This document shows, one piece after another, positions 9,659 to 19,458 of a DNA stretch of 64,000 bases; positions within the stretch are counted from its first letter, which is position 1, and the number at the start of each line of letters is the position of its first letter. The position numbers and the translations under genes were made by a program. The DNA is from a virus. The stretch covers positions 1-64,000 of IMG/VR virus record IMGVR_UViG_3300044825_001821; one strand, 5' to 3'. The notes beneath the pieces are model-generated. The model ran no database searches. It had not been told where the DNA came from and was given only the letters and a program-made list of their open reading frames with translations.

Positions 9659-10237
9659 ATGTCACTTTGGGGAAATTTAGACGCATCTAACAATGCTCCA
9701 AACTTTTCAGGTCTGACTGGCTACGATACATCAACTACTGGTGAAAGTCTGGCTAACTCTCAGCCCTCATCAGTATTTGGTAACACATACGCAAGCGCCA
9801 CAAGAACAAACGTAGAGTTTGGTGTATTTGGTATTGATGCTGTAGAAGAAGGGCTTATCACAGACGGTCAACCAACACATGCTGGTTGGGTAGCACGTAC
9901 AAAAGGTATGGGTCCAATCGACTCAGTTACAGCAAATACAAATGCTGTAGGTCCTGCCGCATCAGCATGTACATATACACTGGTAATTTCTGGTGGTGGC
10001 ACAAATAACACCTCCGCACAAGTTACTGTTACTACGGCTGCTACTGGTAGAATCTCAAGCATTTCAGTTACAAATGCTGGATTGTATAGTGGCACACCGA
10101 CAGCAAACACATTTGGTAACACAGCGTTCACGTTCACAATGGGTGGTCGTAATGGCCGCACAACGTTTGAAACTCTGGTTGCAATGGGTTCGATGGTTGG
10201 TGATGCTTCCGACGACGCTATTGCACCTGATTCCTAA
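9659..10237 (+). CDS. Putative virion structural protein
   Basis: T/S/G/A-rich; MSLWG, HAGW, ETLVAM motifs; late-type ATAAATA upstream and terminator downstream. Confidence 0.55.
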   Translation: MSLWGNLDASNNAPNFSGLTGYDTSTTGESLANSQPSSVFGNTYASATRTNVEFGVFGIDAVEEGLITDGQPTHAGWVARTKGMGPIDSVTANTNAVGPAASACTYTLVISGGGTNNTSAQVTVTTAATGRISSISVTNAGLYSGTPTANTFGNTAFTFTMGGRNGRTTFETLVAMGSMVGDASDDAIAPDS

Positions 10238-10246
10238 TGTATCATA

Positions 10247-10274
10247 GCGGCTGGCTTCGGTCAGCCGCATTTTT
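10247..10274 (+). terminator. Rho-independent terminator with UUCG loop
   Basis: GCGGCTGGC-TTCG-GTCAGCCGC followed by a T-run. Confidence 0.85.
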
Positions 10275-10667
10275 ATGTCGTTTGAGAATTTAACTAATGA
10301 TAATATAATGTTATATGCTGCAAAGGCGTATGATAAGCCTAACTGCATCATGAGTGAGTTCACTGAAGATATGAAACGATTGAATTATCTTAAACGATTA
10401 TTCAGACGATATTCTAAACATGGTGAAATGCGTGAGCGTCTGATACTTAATCATATTGTTGTCCTATACAACATTTTTGGTCCTGAGGTATCAACAAGAA
10501 TAATGTTCTTTCACACAAACAAAAGTGACTACAGTATTCTTAAAACATATTTGTTATTTTTGAATCTTATGCCAGAAAGAGTTCGTGGTATTAACGGCAC
10601 AGATATTATATCATCAGAAATACCAGTTGATATGAAAGTCGCAGAAGTTTTAAGAAATCTAAAATAA
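10275..10667 (+). CDS. Conserved T4-like hypothetical protein
   Basis: ERLILNHIVVLYNIFG motif. Confidence 0.6.
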   Translation: MSFENLTNDNIMLYAAKAYDKPNCIMSEFTEDMKRLNYLKRLFRRYSKHGEMRERLILNHIVVLYNIFGPEVSTRIMFFHTNKSDYSILKTYLLFLNLMPERVRGINGTDIISSEIPVDMKVAEVLRNLK

Positions 10668-10675
10668 ATAAATTC

Positions 10676-10912
10676 ATGTCTAACGAATTCAAAAAAGAAT
10701 GTGGTCAAGGCTACTACTGGTGTACTACAGATAAAGTCTGTAAACCTCTCAAAGAAGATGCAGGAGCTATAGGTGGTGTTCCTACTAATGCTGTGGGTGG
10801 TGGTGCTATTGCTGGTCTTGGGGTAGGTTCGCAGGGTGAGCCAGGCGTAAAAAAACGCAAGACGGCCACATTCATTTCATTCATAAAGAGAAAGTCAAAT
10901 GTGGCTTCTTAG
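10676..10912 (+). CDS. Small hypothetical protein
   Basis: CGQGYYWC..C, LKE, PTNAVGGGAIAG. Confidence 0.55.
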   Translation: MSNEFKKECGQGYYWCTTDKVCKPLKEDAGAIGGVPTNAVGGGAIAGLGVGSQGEPGVKKRKTATFISFIKRKSNVAS

Positions 10913-11336
10913 TTTTTTGCCATCAGGTTTTCTTTTATTCATCATCAACACTGTTTTAATCTGCGGTGCCATCGGTGCCGTGTTGGGATTTTTAGGTAGT
11001 AGACTGCCATTTATTGGCAACTATGCGAACGTTATCAAATACGTTTCCATAGCATTACTTTGCATCGGTATATATTGGAAAGGAGGCTATAGCGTCGAGC
11101 AAGAATGGCGCCAAAGAGTGGCTGAATTAGAGGAGAAGATAAAAGATGCAGAAGCGAAATCACAGCAAACAAATGTCGTTATTGAAACGAAGATCAGAGA
11201 GAGAACAAAGAGAGTCGTTGAGACAAGAGAGAGAATTGTCGAAAAGATTAAAGAGGTGGAAAAAACAATCGATGCAAAATGCGAACTTGATCCCAACGTA
11301 GTAAGTATTTTGAACGAAGCAGCCAAGAAGCCATGA
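10899..11336 (+). CDS. i-spanin (Rz-like)
   Basis: N-terminal TM segments plus periplasmic coiled coil, followed by a lipoprotein and endolysin. Confidence 0.65.
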   Translation: MWLLSFLPSGFLLFIINTVLICGAIGAVLGFLGSRLPFIGNYANVIKYVSIALLCIGIYWKGGYSVEQEWRQRVAELEEKIKDAEAKSQQTNVVIETKIRERTKRVVETRERIVEKIKEVEKTIDAKCELDPNVVSILNEAAKKP

Positions 11337-11593
11337 AAAAATTACTTATAGTTTTATTGCTGACGGGCTGTAGCACTACAGTGCCAGTGGCCCGCAAGTT
11401 TCCCGAAATGCCAGAATCATTAGGTAAACCTTGCCTGCCACTGACACAAGTAAAAGAAGGCACGACCAAACTGAGTGAGGTGATTACGGTCGTATCTGAT
11501 AACTACATGGAATATCATAAGTGTAGTGACAAGGTTGATATGTGGATAGAATGGTATAGATTACAAAAGGAGATTTTTGATTCCGTAAAATAA
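11333..11593 (+). CDS. o-spanin (Rz1-like lipoprotein)
   Basis: Lipobox LLTGC, Pro-rich with internal Cys. Confidence 0.7.
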   Translation: MKKLLIVLLLTGCSTTVPVARKFPEMPESLGKPCLPLTQVKEGTTKLSEVITVVSDNYMEYHKCSDKVDMWIEWYRLQKEIFDSVK

Positions 11594-11608
11594 TACCTGA
11601 GGATACAC

Positions 11609-12226
11609 ATGGAACTGACAAAAGAACAATTAAAACAATTACTACCAAAAAATCCATATATTGATCAGTGGCACAAAGCATTAAGCCAATTACTTCCAGA
11701 TTATGAAATCAATACACCACAGCGTATTGCATCGTTTATTGCACAATGCGCTCATGAGTCTGGTGGTTTTGTTTTTCTCACAGAGAATTTGAACTACAAA
11801 GCAGAAAGTCTGATGAAAATATTTTCAAAGTATTTTCCAGACATCAACACTGCAAAAGCATACGAAAAGAAGCCAGAGAAAATTGCAAATCGTATCTATG
11901 CTGATCGAATGGGTAACGGTAACGAAGCGTCTGGTGATGGCTACAAATATCGTGGCCGTGGACTAATTCAATTGACTGGCAAAACAAACTACACATGGTT
12001 TGCTGCATCACTTGAAATATCTCCTGAAGAAGCCGCAGAATATACACAAACATTCGAAGGCGCTGCACAATCTGCATGTTGGTTTTGGGAAACAAACAAG
12101 CTGAATCAGTGGGCAGATAAAGGTGATATTCTTACAATGACCAAAAGAATCAATGGTGGCACCATTGGGTTGGAAGATCGTAAGAAGCACTATGAACACG
12201 CTCTTCATGTTTTAGGAGTGCATTGA
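11609..12226 (+). CDS. GH19 endolysin
   Basis: FIAQCAHESGGF, YRGRGLIQLTGKTNY, TKRINGGTIGLEDR. Confidence 0.92.
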   Translation: MELTKEQLKQLLPKNPYIDQWHKALSQLLPDYEINTPQRIASFIAQCAHESGGFVFLTENLNYKAESLMKIFSKYFPDINTAKAYEKKPEKIANRIYADRMGNGNEASGDGYKYRGRGLIQLTGKTNYTWFAASLEISPEEAAEYTQTFEGAAQSACWFWETNKLNQWADKGDILTMTKRINGGTIGLEDRKKHYEHALHVLGVH

Positions 12227-12459
12227 TGAAATATTTGTCACTCTTTTTATTACCACTTCTTGTTGCATGTGGAGAACATTATCGTTATCCCTGCCAAGAC
12301 CCAGAAAATTGGGATCAAAAACAATGTAAGAAACCATACTGTAGCGCAAACGGAACTTGTCCCGAAGATTTGACACATTACGAAAAAAATAAAGTCGGTC
12401 AACCGGTACAAACAATACAACAACTACCACAGGTTCCAGTTAAAGGAGAATGCAAATGA
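12223..12459 (+). CDS. Cys-rich lipoprotein
   Basis: Lipobox LLVAC; YRYPCQDPENW...C...C....CPE. Confidence 0.7.
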   Translation: MMKYLSLFLLPLLVACGEHYRYPCQDPENWDQKQCKKPYCSANGTCPEDLTHYEKNKVGQPVQTIQQLPQVPVKGECK

Positions 12460-12923
12460 TTAAGGATTTATGGTCTGGACCAAGATACACAACTGAAGAA
12501 TTGAATGCACGACTAAAGTTTTTTATCGGTATCGTATTAGGTCTTACACTTTTTGGTATTGTGTTTGTTGTGCTATACAGTTTAATTTTTGTAACTCAGC
12601 CAATGAATGGTATGAGTCCGGTTGACAACAAGTTTTTTGAACTCATCATACCAATTGCAACATTCTTGACAGGTACACTGTCTGGTATCATGATTGCTGG
12701 TGACGATAAAGATTTGAAAGCAAAAGCACTTGATGCTGCAAACAAACCTTACACACCACCACCAGCACCACCATCGTTACCATCAAGTGGTGGTTTTAGT
12801 GCAACATTTTCATCTACTGTTGCAGAAGCACCAGTTGCAGCGGCCGCAGCATTTGCACCAGCAGTTGCAACGGGTTTTGGTGGTAAAGAAGCACCAAAAC
12901 AACCAGATCATCCTGAACTATGA
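12450..12923 (+). CDS. Two-TM membrane protein (holin-like) with Pro/Ala-rich tail
   Basis: Two hydrophobic helices; lies in the lysis cluster. Confidence 0.5.
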   Translation: MQMIKDLWSGPRYTTEELNARLKFFIGIVLGLTLFGIVFVVLYSLIFVTQPMNGMSPVDNKFFELIIPIATFLTGTLSGIMIAGDDKDLKAKALDAANKPYTPPPAPPSLPSSGGFSATFSSTVAEAPVAAAAAFAPAVATGFGGKEAPKQPDHPEL

Positions 12924-13147
12924 TAAACTTTTTTATCAAGGCACTTTCTGGTGAAGGTGAGCAGAATCCTAGTAGCAAGAGATTGATTACCTTTTTGGCA
13001 TTCATTCTACTTGCTACGGGGTTTATCGCCGAATTGTTTTTTGAAAGAAAGTTGAATCCACAGACATTTGATGCTATAATGTATATTGTGTTAGGTGGAT
13101 TGGGATTTACGGCATCAGAAAAATTCATATCAAAGGAAAAGAAATGA
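12920..13147 (+). CDS. Small two-TM holin-like protein
   Basis: SSKR motif, two TM helices, basic C-terminus. Confidence 0.55.
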   Translation: MINFFIKALSGEGEQNPSSKRLITFLAFILLATGFIAELFFERKLNPQTFDAIMYIVLGGLGFTASEKFISKEKK

Positions 13148-13341
13148 GAAAAGAACTTACCGTATTGAGTCTATTATTGTTTTTACTTTTGGCACCACTG
13201 ACTAAAGCTGCTTTTGCTGCCGAAGAAAAAAAAGTCTGTGTCAAAGAGTTTGACAACAAAACTAAAAAAGAAAAAGAAGTTTGTAAAACAATTAAAGTGC
13301 ATAAGAAATTAGAAGGCACAAAGATTCCAGATAAAAAATGA
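13144..13341 (+). CDS. Small secreted basic protein
   Basis: Signal peptide (AFA), paired Cys. Confidence 0.5.
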   Translation: MRKELTVLSLLLFLLLAPLTKAAFAAEEKKVCVKEFDNKTKKEKEVCKTIKVHKKLEGTKIPDKK

Positions 13342-13769
13342 TAGACGGAGAAGTAGCACTAAAAGTAGAGGTTGGCGTCCTCAGAGAGAAAGTCTACACA
13401 CTTGTAGACCTCTGTGAGAAGATGGACCGTGTCATTGAGAAACTTGCAGACAATAATAACTCCGTAGTCAATCAAATTTATAACGACATGGATAAAAGAA
13501 GAGAAGAAACTGCAAGTGATATCAAAGAACTTCATTCACGTATTACTACTACAGATAGAAATCTTTCGGACAAGATTGAATTGACCGAACGTAGAATAAT
13601 GGATGAATTTAAAGCATTGCGTGATCACATTACCGAACACAACAAAAAAGAAGATGAAGAACTGGCAGCATTATCTAGATGGAAGTGGATGGTTGCCGGT
13701 GGTGTAGTTGTAGCAGCATGGATTATCTCAAACGTTAAATTAGAATACCTAGTAAAACTGTTTAATTAA
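13338..13769 (+). CDS. Coiled-coil protein with C-terminal TM helix
   Basis: Heptad-rich; ends WKWMVAGGVVVAAWII; precedes primase. Confidence 0.55.
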   Translation: MIDGEVALKVEVGVLREKVYTLVDLCEKMDRVIEKLADNNNSVVNQIYNDMDKRREETASDIKELHSRITTTDRNLSDKIELTERRIMDEFKALRDHITEHNKKEDEELAALSRWKWMVAGGVVVAAWIISNVKLEYLVKLFN

Positions 13770-13798
13770 TTGACAACCGTGAGCAACACTGATATAAT
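13770..13798 (+). promoter_or_regulatory. Sigma70-type promoter
   Basis: TTGACA-17-TATAAT. Confidence 0.8.
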
Positions 13799-13804
13799 GG
13801 ACAC

Positions 13805-14845
13805 ATGGCACTTTCAACTGACTCAAAATATGTGAAGTTGGTATCTTCACGCTTGCGTAATTTCAAGCAGAAGAATACCAATCTTTGGAATTTTTCATGC
13901 CCTTATTGTGGAGATTCCAAAACAAACAAAATCAAAGCCCGAGGCTATATGTATGCCAAAGGCAATGATTTATTCTATCGATGTCATAACTGCGGAGTAG
14001 GAACAAATGTCGCCAATTTCCTCAAACATGTTGACCCATCCATACATGGAGAGTATGTACTCGAAAAGTACAAATCAAATACATCCAATACATATCACAG
14101 AAAAAGTAACACATCACCAAGAGTCATCACCAACCCACCCAAATTTGGTCACATCGAAAAGCGCCGTATATTTGAACATGGGGAATGGCTCAGTAATCTA
14201 CCAAGTGGACATTTTTGTCTAAACTACGTAGAGAATCGATTACTTCCTAAAGAACATTATGATAAGTTGTTGTTCACTTCGAACTATAAAGCATTTTGTG
14301 ATGCACTAATTCCTGATCACGGCAAAGAACTAGCAGAAGATGCACGATTAGTTATACCATTCTATAACTATCAAAATGAATTGGTTGCATTATCGGGTCG
14401 AGCATTAGAGAATAGTAGTTACAAACTTCGGTATGTGACTATGAGAACAAACGATTCTGATAATAAACTTATCTATGGAATGGATCGTGTGAATTTAAAA
14501 GAACGTGTGTATCTTGTTGAGGGTCCACTTGACAGTCTGTTTTTGAATAACTGTGTGGCATCAGGTGACGCCAATCTTGCACTAACAGTGAAAAATATTC
14601 AAGCAGAAAAAATTACACTTGTATTTGACAATGAACCACGAAATAAAGAAGTATGTAAGTTGATTGAAAATGCAATCAAATCAAATCACGATGTCGTCAT
14701 TTGGCCTGATAACATGGATGGAAAAGATATAAATGAGATGATATTGAATGGTTTCTCTTCTAGTGAGATTCTAGAAATCATAGATAGTAATACATTTCAT
14801 GGTTTGGAAGCAATAGCTAAATTTACATTTTGGAAGAAATTATGA
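13805..14845 (+). CDS. DNA primase (T4 gp61-like)
   Basis: CPYCGDS...CHNCG zinc finger; VEGPLDSLFL, FDNEPRN, KDINEM TOPRIM motifs. Confidence 0.95.
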   Translation: MALSTDSKYVKLVSSRLRNFKQKNTNLWNFSCPYCGDSKTNKIKARGYMYAKGNDLFYRCHNCGVGTNVANFLKHVDPSIHGEYVLEKYKSNTSNTYHRKSNTSPRVITNPPKFGHIEKRRIFEHGEWLSNLPSGHFCLNYVENRLLPKEHYDKLLFTSNYKAFCDALIPDHGKELAEDARLVIPFYNYQNELVALSGRALENSSYKLRYVTMRTNDSDNKLIYGMDRVNLKERVYLVEGPLDSLFLNNCVASGDANLALTVKNIQAEKITLVFDNEPRNKEVCKLIENAIKSNHDVVIWPDNMDGKDINEMILNGFSSSEILEIIDSNTFHGLEAIAKFTFWKKL

Positions 14846-15495
14846 ACGTGAAATTAATAGGTGTTACGGCACCATACTCAGGGCACAACTCTGCTGAAGA
14901 TATGATTGTACACATGGCACGTGTGTCGAATCCAAGCAATCAGGGAATGAACAGTGATCCCGCCAGATTAATTCGTTATCTCATCAAAAATCAACATTGG
15001 TCGCCATTTGAAATGGTCAACATTGTTATGGAAATAAAGACAACAAGAGATATCGCAAGGCAAATCTTGCGACATCGTAGTTTTTCCTTTCAGGAATTCA
15101 GTCAACGATATGCTGATCCAACGAAAGATTTAGGCTATGAACTACGTGAAGCACGGCTACAAGACACAAAGAACAGACAGAACTCTATTGAGACTGACGA
15201 TAAAGAATTGCAGGCTGAATGGAAAATCAAACAAATCAATCTAATTGCAGAATCAAAAGCAGCATATGATTGGGCAATTGAAAATGGTATTGCAAAAGAA
15301 CAAGCACGTGTAGTATTACCGGAAGGCAACACACAATCACGCATGTACATGAATGGAACATTGCGTAGTTGGATTCATTATTGTCAGTTGCGTACAGCAA
15401 ACGGCACACAAAAAGAACATATGGAAGTAGCAGAAGATTGTTGGAAACTTATTAAAGAACAGTTTTCAAACGTAGTAGCAGCAATAGAACAATAA
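14842..15495 (+). CDS. thyX: Flavin-dependent thymidylate synthase
   Basis: HWSPFE, RHRSFSFQEFSQRY, TQKEH. Confidence 0.95.
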   Translation: MNVKLIGVTAPYSGHNSAEDMIVHMARVSNPSNQGMNSDPARLIRYLIKNQHWSPFEMVNIVMEIKTTRDIARQILRHRSFSFQEFSQRYADPTKDLGYELREARLQDTKNRQNSIETDDKELQAEWKIKQINLIAESKAAYDWAIENGIAKEQARVVLPEGNTQSRMYMNGTLRSWIHYCQLRTANGTQKEHMEVAEDCWKLIKEQFSNVVAAIEQ

Positions 15496-15508
15496 TATTG
15501 GAGAAGAA

Positions 15509-17302
15509 ATGGTAGATGTCAGCAGTATTAAAATAGACCTAGAGAGAGATAAACTATTCGATGAACTCGGAATTAAAAGACTTAAAGAATCATATATGCG
15601 TGAGGACGAAACAAGCCCTCAAGAAAGATTTGCATTTGTATCCGCCGCTTTTGCATCCAATGCTGATCATGCTCAGAGGTTGTATGATTATAGTTCTAAG
15701 CATTGGCTTTCTTATTCTACTCCTATCCTTAGTTTTGGTCGTAGCAAGCGTGGGCTTCCTATTAGCTGTTTTCTCCCTTATCTGGATGATAGTGCAGAAG
15801 GCCTGGTCAATACTCTATCAGAAGTCAACTGGCTCTCAATGTTAGGTGGAGGTGTAGGAATTGGATTGGGTATTCGTTCTGCTGATGATAAATCTGTTGG
15901 CATTATGCCTCATCTTCGTACCTATGATGCTTCATCCTTGGCGTATAGACAAGGTCGTACCCGCCGTGGTTCTTACGCTGCCTATTTGGATATTAGTCAT
16001 CCTGATATTATTTCTTTCTTAGAGATGAGAAAACCAACTGGTGATCCCAATATGCGAACATTGAATCTGCATCATGGTATCAACATCACAGATGACTTCA
16101 TGCACATCATTGAACAAGCAATGCTTGATCCACATTTCGATGACACATGGGAACTCAAAGACCCACATTCAGGTGAAATTAAAGACAAAGTATCAGCACG
16201 TGAATTATGGCAGCGCATACTTGAAACACGTATGCTAACTGGTGAGCCATACATTCATTTTATTGACACATCAAATCGTTTGATGCCAGAATTCCAGAAA
16301 GAAAAAGGTCTGAGCATTAAACAATCAAACCTATGCAGTGAAATTATTTTACCTACAGATAAAGAACGTACCGCTGTATGTTGTCTTTCATCTGTAAACT
16401 TGGAGTATTATGATGATTGGAAAAACGATAAACTTTTTCTACGGGACATGGCTGAAATGCTTGATAATGTACTTCAGTATTTTATTGACAATGCTCCTAA
16501 TGCTATTCACCGAGCCAGGTTCTCTGCTGAACAAGAGCGCAGCATTGGTGTGGGGGCTCTTGGCTATCATGCTCTTCTACAGAAAAAGAATGTTGCGTTT
16601 GAGTCAGCGGTTGCAAAATCGTTGAACAATCAAGTATTCAAACACATTCGTGAAAGATTAGACAATGCAAATTACGAACTCGGAAAAGAAAGAGGTGAGG
16701 CTCCTGATGCTGTTGGTACAGGTAAAAGGTTTAGCCATATGCTTGCTATTGCTCCTAACGCTTCATCTTCCATTATTATGGGCAATACTAGCCCCTCCGT
16801 TGAACCTTATCGTGCTAATGCTTATAGACAAGACACTCTTTCGGGAGCTTTTTTAAACAAGAATAAATTTTTAGATAAAATTATTCAGGAGAAATGTAAT
16901 GCAGATGACAAATTGGATTATCAAGAAATCTGGTCAAGTATCATTGCAAACGACGGTTCCGTCCAACACTTGGATTTCCTGGATGAATACACCAAAGATG
17001 TCTACAAAACTGGTATGGAGATTGACCAAAGATGGGTTGTGGACCACGCCGCTGACAGACAAAATTACATTGACCAGGCGCAATCCATTAACCTCTTTTT
17101 TAGACCTGATGTGAATGTTAAATACTTACATGCAGTACACTTTCAGGCATGGAAGCAGGGCTTGAAAACGTTGTATTACTGCCGTTCAGAGAAACTTGCA
17201 AAGGCTGACAAAGTATCCAAGAAGATTGAACGTGAGATTATACAAGAAATCGATTTGAAGCAACTGGCTACCGAGGAGGTCTGTCTAGCGTGTGAGGGAT
17301 AA
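15509..17302 (+). CDS. nrdA: Class I ribonucleotide reductase alpha subunit (short; no obvious ATP cone)
   Basis: PISCF, SNLCSEI, AIAPNASSS, KTLYY, C-terminal CLACEG. Confidence 0.95.
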   Translation: MVDVSSIKIDLERDKLFDELGIKRLKESYMREDETSPQERFAFVSAAFASNADHAQRLYDYSSKHWLSYSTPILSFGRSKRGLPISCFLPYLDDSAEGLVNTLSEVNWLSMLGGGVGIGLGIRSADDKSVGIMPHLRTYDASSLAYRQGRTRRGSYAAYLDISHPDIISFLEMRKPTGDPNMRTLNLHHGINITDDFMHIIEQAMLDPHFDDTWELKDPHSGEIKDKVSARELWQRILETRMLTGEPYIHFIDTSNRLMPEFQKEKGLSIKQSNLCSEIILPTDKERTAVCCLSSVNLEYYDDWKNDKLFLRDMAEMLDNVLQYFIDNAPNAIHRARFSAEQERSIGVGALGYHALLQKKNVAFESAVAKSLNNQVFKHIRERLDNANYELGKERGEAPDAVGTGKRFSHMLAIAPNASSSIIMGNTSPSVEPYRANAYRQDTLSGAFLNKNKFLDKIIQEKCNADDKLDYQEIWSSIIANDGSVQHLDFLDEYTKDVYKTGMEIDQRWVVDHAADRQNYIDQAQSINLFFRPDVNVKYLHAVHFQAWKQGLKTLYYCRSEKLAKADKVSKKIEREIIQEIDLKQLATEEVCLACEG

Positions 17303-17425
17303 ATGCCTTTCGAACTAAATCCGAAAAAACCAAAGCCGCATCCAAAAAGACCGCATTACAAAGAAAAAACACCTGTTCAACCAACACCAAAAAAGAAGGA
17401 GCAGGAAGATAAAAAGGAAAAATGA
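17303..17425 (+). CDS. Small basic peptide (40 aa)
   Basis: MPFELNPKKPKPHPKRPHYKE...; fills the gap between nrdA and the next gene. Confidence 0.4.
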   Translation: MPFELNPKKPKPHPKRPHYKEKTPVQPTPKKKEQEDKKEK

Positions 17426-18063
17426 GTCGTACCATAGCGTTGTTCGTGCAGCATCCACGTTGTTCAGTGCAGTCAGTAAATGGTGTAATCAAGGCACTAG
17501 GGCCGAACTATAACTACAAGGTGTTCACAAAACATGAAGTTGAGGACGATTATTTTGATGCAGTGGATTGTGTATGCTTTCCTGGCGGTGTTGGTGATTC
17601 TGATACCTACGATATTTTGTTTAAATATCATGAACATAGTATCAGACGATACGTACAAAATGGTGGCAGATTTCTCGGAATTTGTATGGGCGCTTATTGG
17701 GCTGGCAGGCATTATCTCAATCTTATGGATGGCTGCGAACCCGAACAATATATCCGCCGTCCGAACACTTGCACAAGAAGATACTACAGCAAAGCAGTGG
17801 AATGTAACTGGAACGGCACAACAGACAGATTCTTCTTTTACGATGGACCTGCATTTGTCGGAGATGAAACCAACTACGAAGTCCACGCCAGATACACCAA
17901 TGGTGACGCAGCAGCAATCATTCAAGGACGTATAGGATTAATAGGTCCTCATCTTGAAGCAGAAGAGTATTGGTATGACAAACCATATCTTCACAAATAT
18001 TGGCATGGTGGTAAGCATCACATTTTATTGAAGAAATTTTTTGGAAGATTGATGGAGAAGTGA
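17422..18063 (+). CDS. BPL_N / class I glutamine amidotransferase-like protein
   Basis: FPGG, GGRFLGICMGAY, GPHLE. Confidence 0.8.
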   Translation: MSRTIALFVQHPRCSVQSVNGVIKALGPNYNYKVFTKHEVEDDYFDAVDCVCFPGGVGDSDTYDILFKYHEHSIRRYVQNGGRFLGICMGAYWAGRHYLNLMDGCEPEQYIRRPNTCTRRYYSKAVECNWNGTTDRFFFYDGPAFVGDETNYEVHARYTNGDAAAIIQGRIGLIGPHLEAEEYWYDKPYLHKYWHGGKHHILLKKFFGRLMEK

Positions 18064-18195
18064 TATGATATTAGACATGATAGTATGGGGTTTCTTTAGT
18101 GCATGGGGCTGGATTGGTGCCAATGCAATCAAAGACAAAGTTTGGCCTGAACCACCAGCCACGGTAATAGTACAGCCAGCAGAGAAAAAAGAGTA

Positions 18196-18450
18196 ATGTG
18201 GGCATATATTTTTACATTTGTTTGTATGTTTGTTACAGACATCGTTTATACGCAGTTACTCAAATCGGTGCAAAACGATAGACCAATGGCATCAAGTATT
18301 TGGGCATCAGCAATTACATTTTTAGGTGGTGTAGCAATCATTAACTACACCAACGATAACATGATGATCATACCAGCAGTTCTTGGTGCATTTGCTGGAA
18401 CATATGTTGGTATGAAATTTCACTTACATGAGAAAAAATGGCACATCTAG
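18196..18450 (+). CDS. Small membrane protein
   Basis: Three hydrophobic helices, GAFAGTYVG. Confidence 0.55.
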   Translation: MWAYIFTFVCMFVTDIVYTQLLKSVQNDRPMASSIWASAITFLGGVAIINYTNDNMMIIPAVLGAFAGTYVGMKFHLHEKKWHI

Positions 18451-19070
18451 TTGCAAACATACCACCCGTACACTGTTACATACGCAAAGAGTTTCTGTAT
18501 GATTTTGAAAAAGGTCATGGTGAGTATGAGCCATGTATCTGGGTTTCAATCAAAAGCATCAGAGGTCAAGCATTCAGAATAGAGGCATATCTACCAAACT
18601 ATGGCGCACTTTACGATAAACTACCATTACATGCTTTTGTTAGCAGAACGGATAATCTCCCGAAGTCTTTTTTACCTTTAGACACATTGCAAATCTGGGA
18701 CTGTTTTAGTTATGATTTCACCGTAATACAAAAAGCATTTGTGCGTAATCTTACATGTAAGTTTTATGCCAAAGATAAACAGTTCTACGAAGGCAATTAC
18801 ATGTTCACTGTAGATCATTCATCACCAGATTTAAATATTATAGATACAAGTTATGCTGAGTGGCCAGAAGATCACAAGAGTTTCAACTTCATTGAATTGT
18901 ACAACGGTCAATATGCAGCACAACCAAACAATCGTTGTTTGTTTTTAGATGCAGCAAGTAATCCAAAACAATTGAAGTTTCCTGATTTTAAAGTTTGCAC
19001 CAAAAAGTATGTTGTAGAACAAAATCCCAAATGGTCTTTGGGTGACACTGAAACAGTAATGTATGAATAG
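18438..19070 (+). CDS. Conserved phage hypothetical protein
   Basis: LQIWDCFSY, AAQPNNR motifs. Confidence 0.6.
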   Translation: MAHLVANIPPVHCYIRKEFLYDFEKGHGEYEPCIWVSIKSIRGQAFRIEAYLPNYGALYDKLPLHAFVSRTDNLPKSFLPLDTLQIWDCFSYDFTVIQKAFVRNLTCKFYAKDKQFYEGNYMFTVDHSSPDLNIIDTSYAEWPEDHKSFNFIELYNGQYAAQPNNRCLFLDAASNPKQLKFPDFKVCTKKYVVEQNPKWSLGDTETVMYE

Positions 19071-19078
19071 GAGAAATT

Positions 19079-19216
19079 ATGTCAGTTAAAGCACCTAATG
19101 TGAGTAAACACAAAAAAGTACACAAACGCACCAAACAAGGTGGTCAAAAGAAAACAGCATCAATGAATAAACACGAAAAACGTTCACATAAAAAATACAG
19201 AGGTCAAGGCAAATGA
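19079..19216 (+). CDS. Small basic protein ending KKYRGQGK
   Basis: GGAG RBS; 45 aa, Lys/His-rich. Confidence 0.6.
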   Translation: MSVKAPNVSKHKKVHKRTKQGGQKKTASMNKHEKRSHKKYRGQGK

Positions 19217-19458
19217 AAAAGATAGTACGTTTCACTGCATCATGGTGTGGACCATGTAAAACATTAGCAAAGACGCTCGAAGAAGTAGATTCAAAACTAC
19301 CAATCGAAGTTGTTGATGTTGATATTCATCCTGAGATTGCAGCAGAATTTGGTATTCGTGGCGTTCCAACCTTGGTGATTGTTGAAGATAATATACCATC
19401 AAAAAGATTAGTAGGAAATAAAACAAAACAAGAACTAGAGGCATTCATCAATGATTAA
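19213..19458 (+). CDS. trxA: Thioredoxin
   Basis: WCGPC, GIRGVPT. Confidence 0.95.
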   Translation: MKKIVRFTASWCGPCKTLAKTLEEVDSKLPIEVVDVDIHPEIAAEFGIRGVPTLVIVEDNIPSKRLVGNKTKQELEAFIND

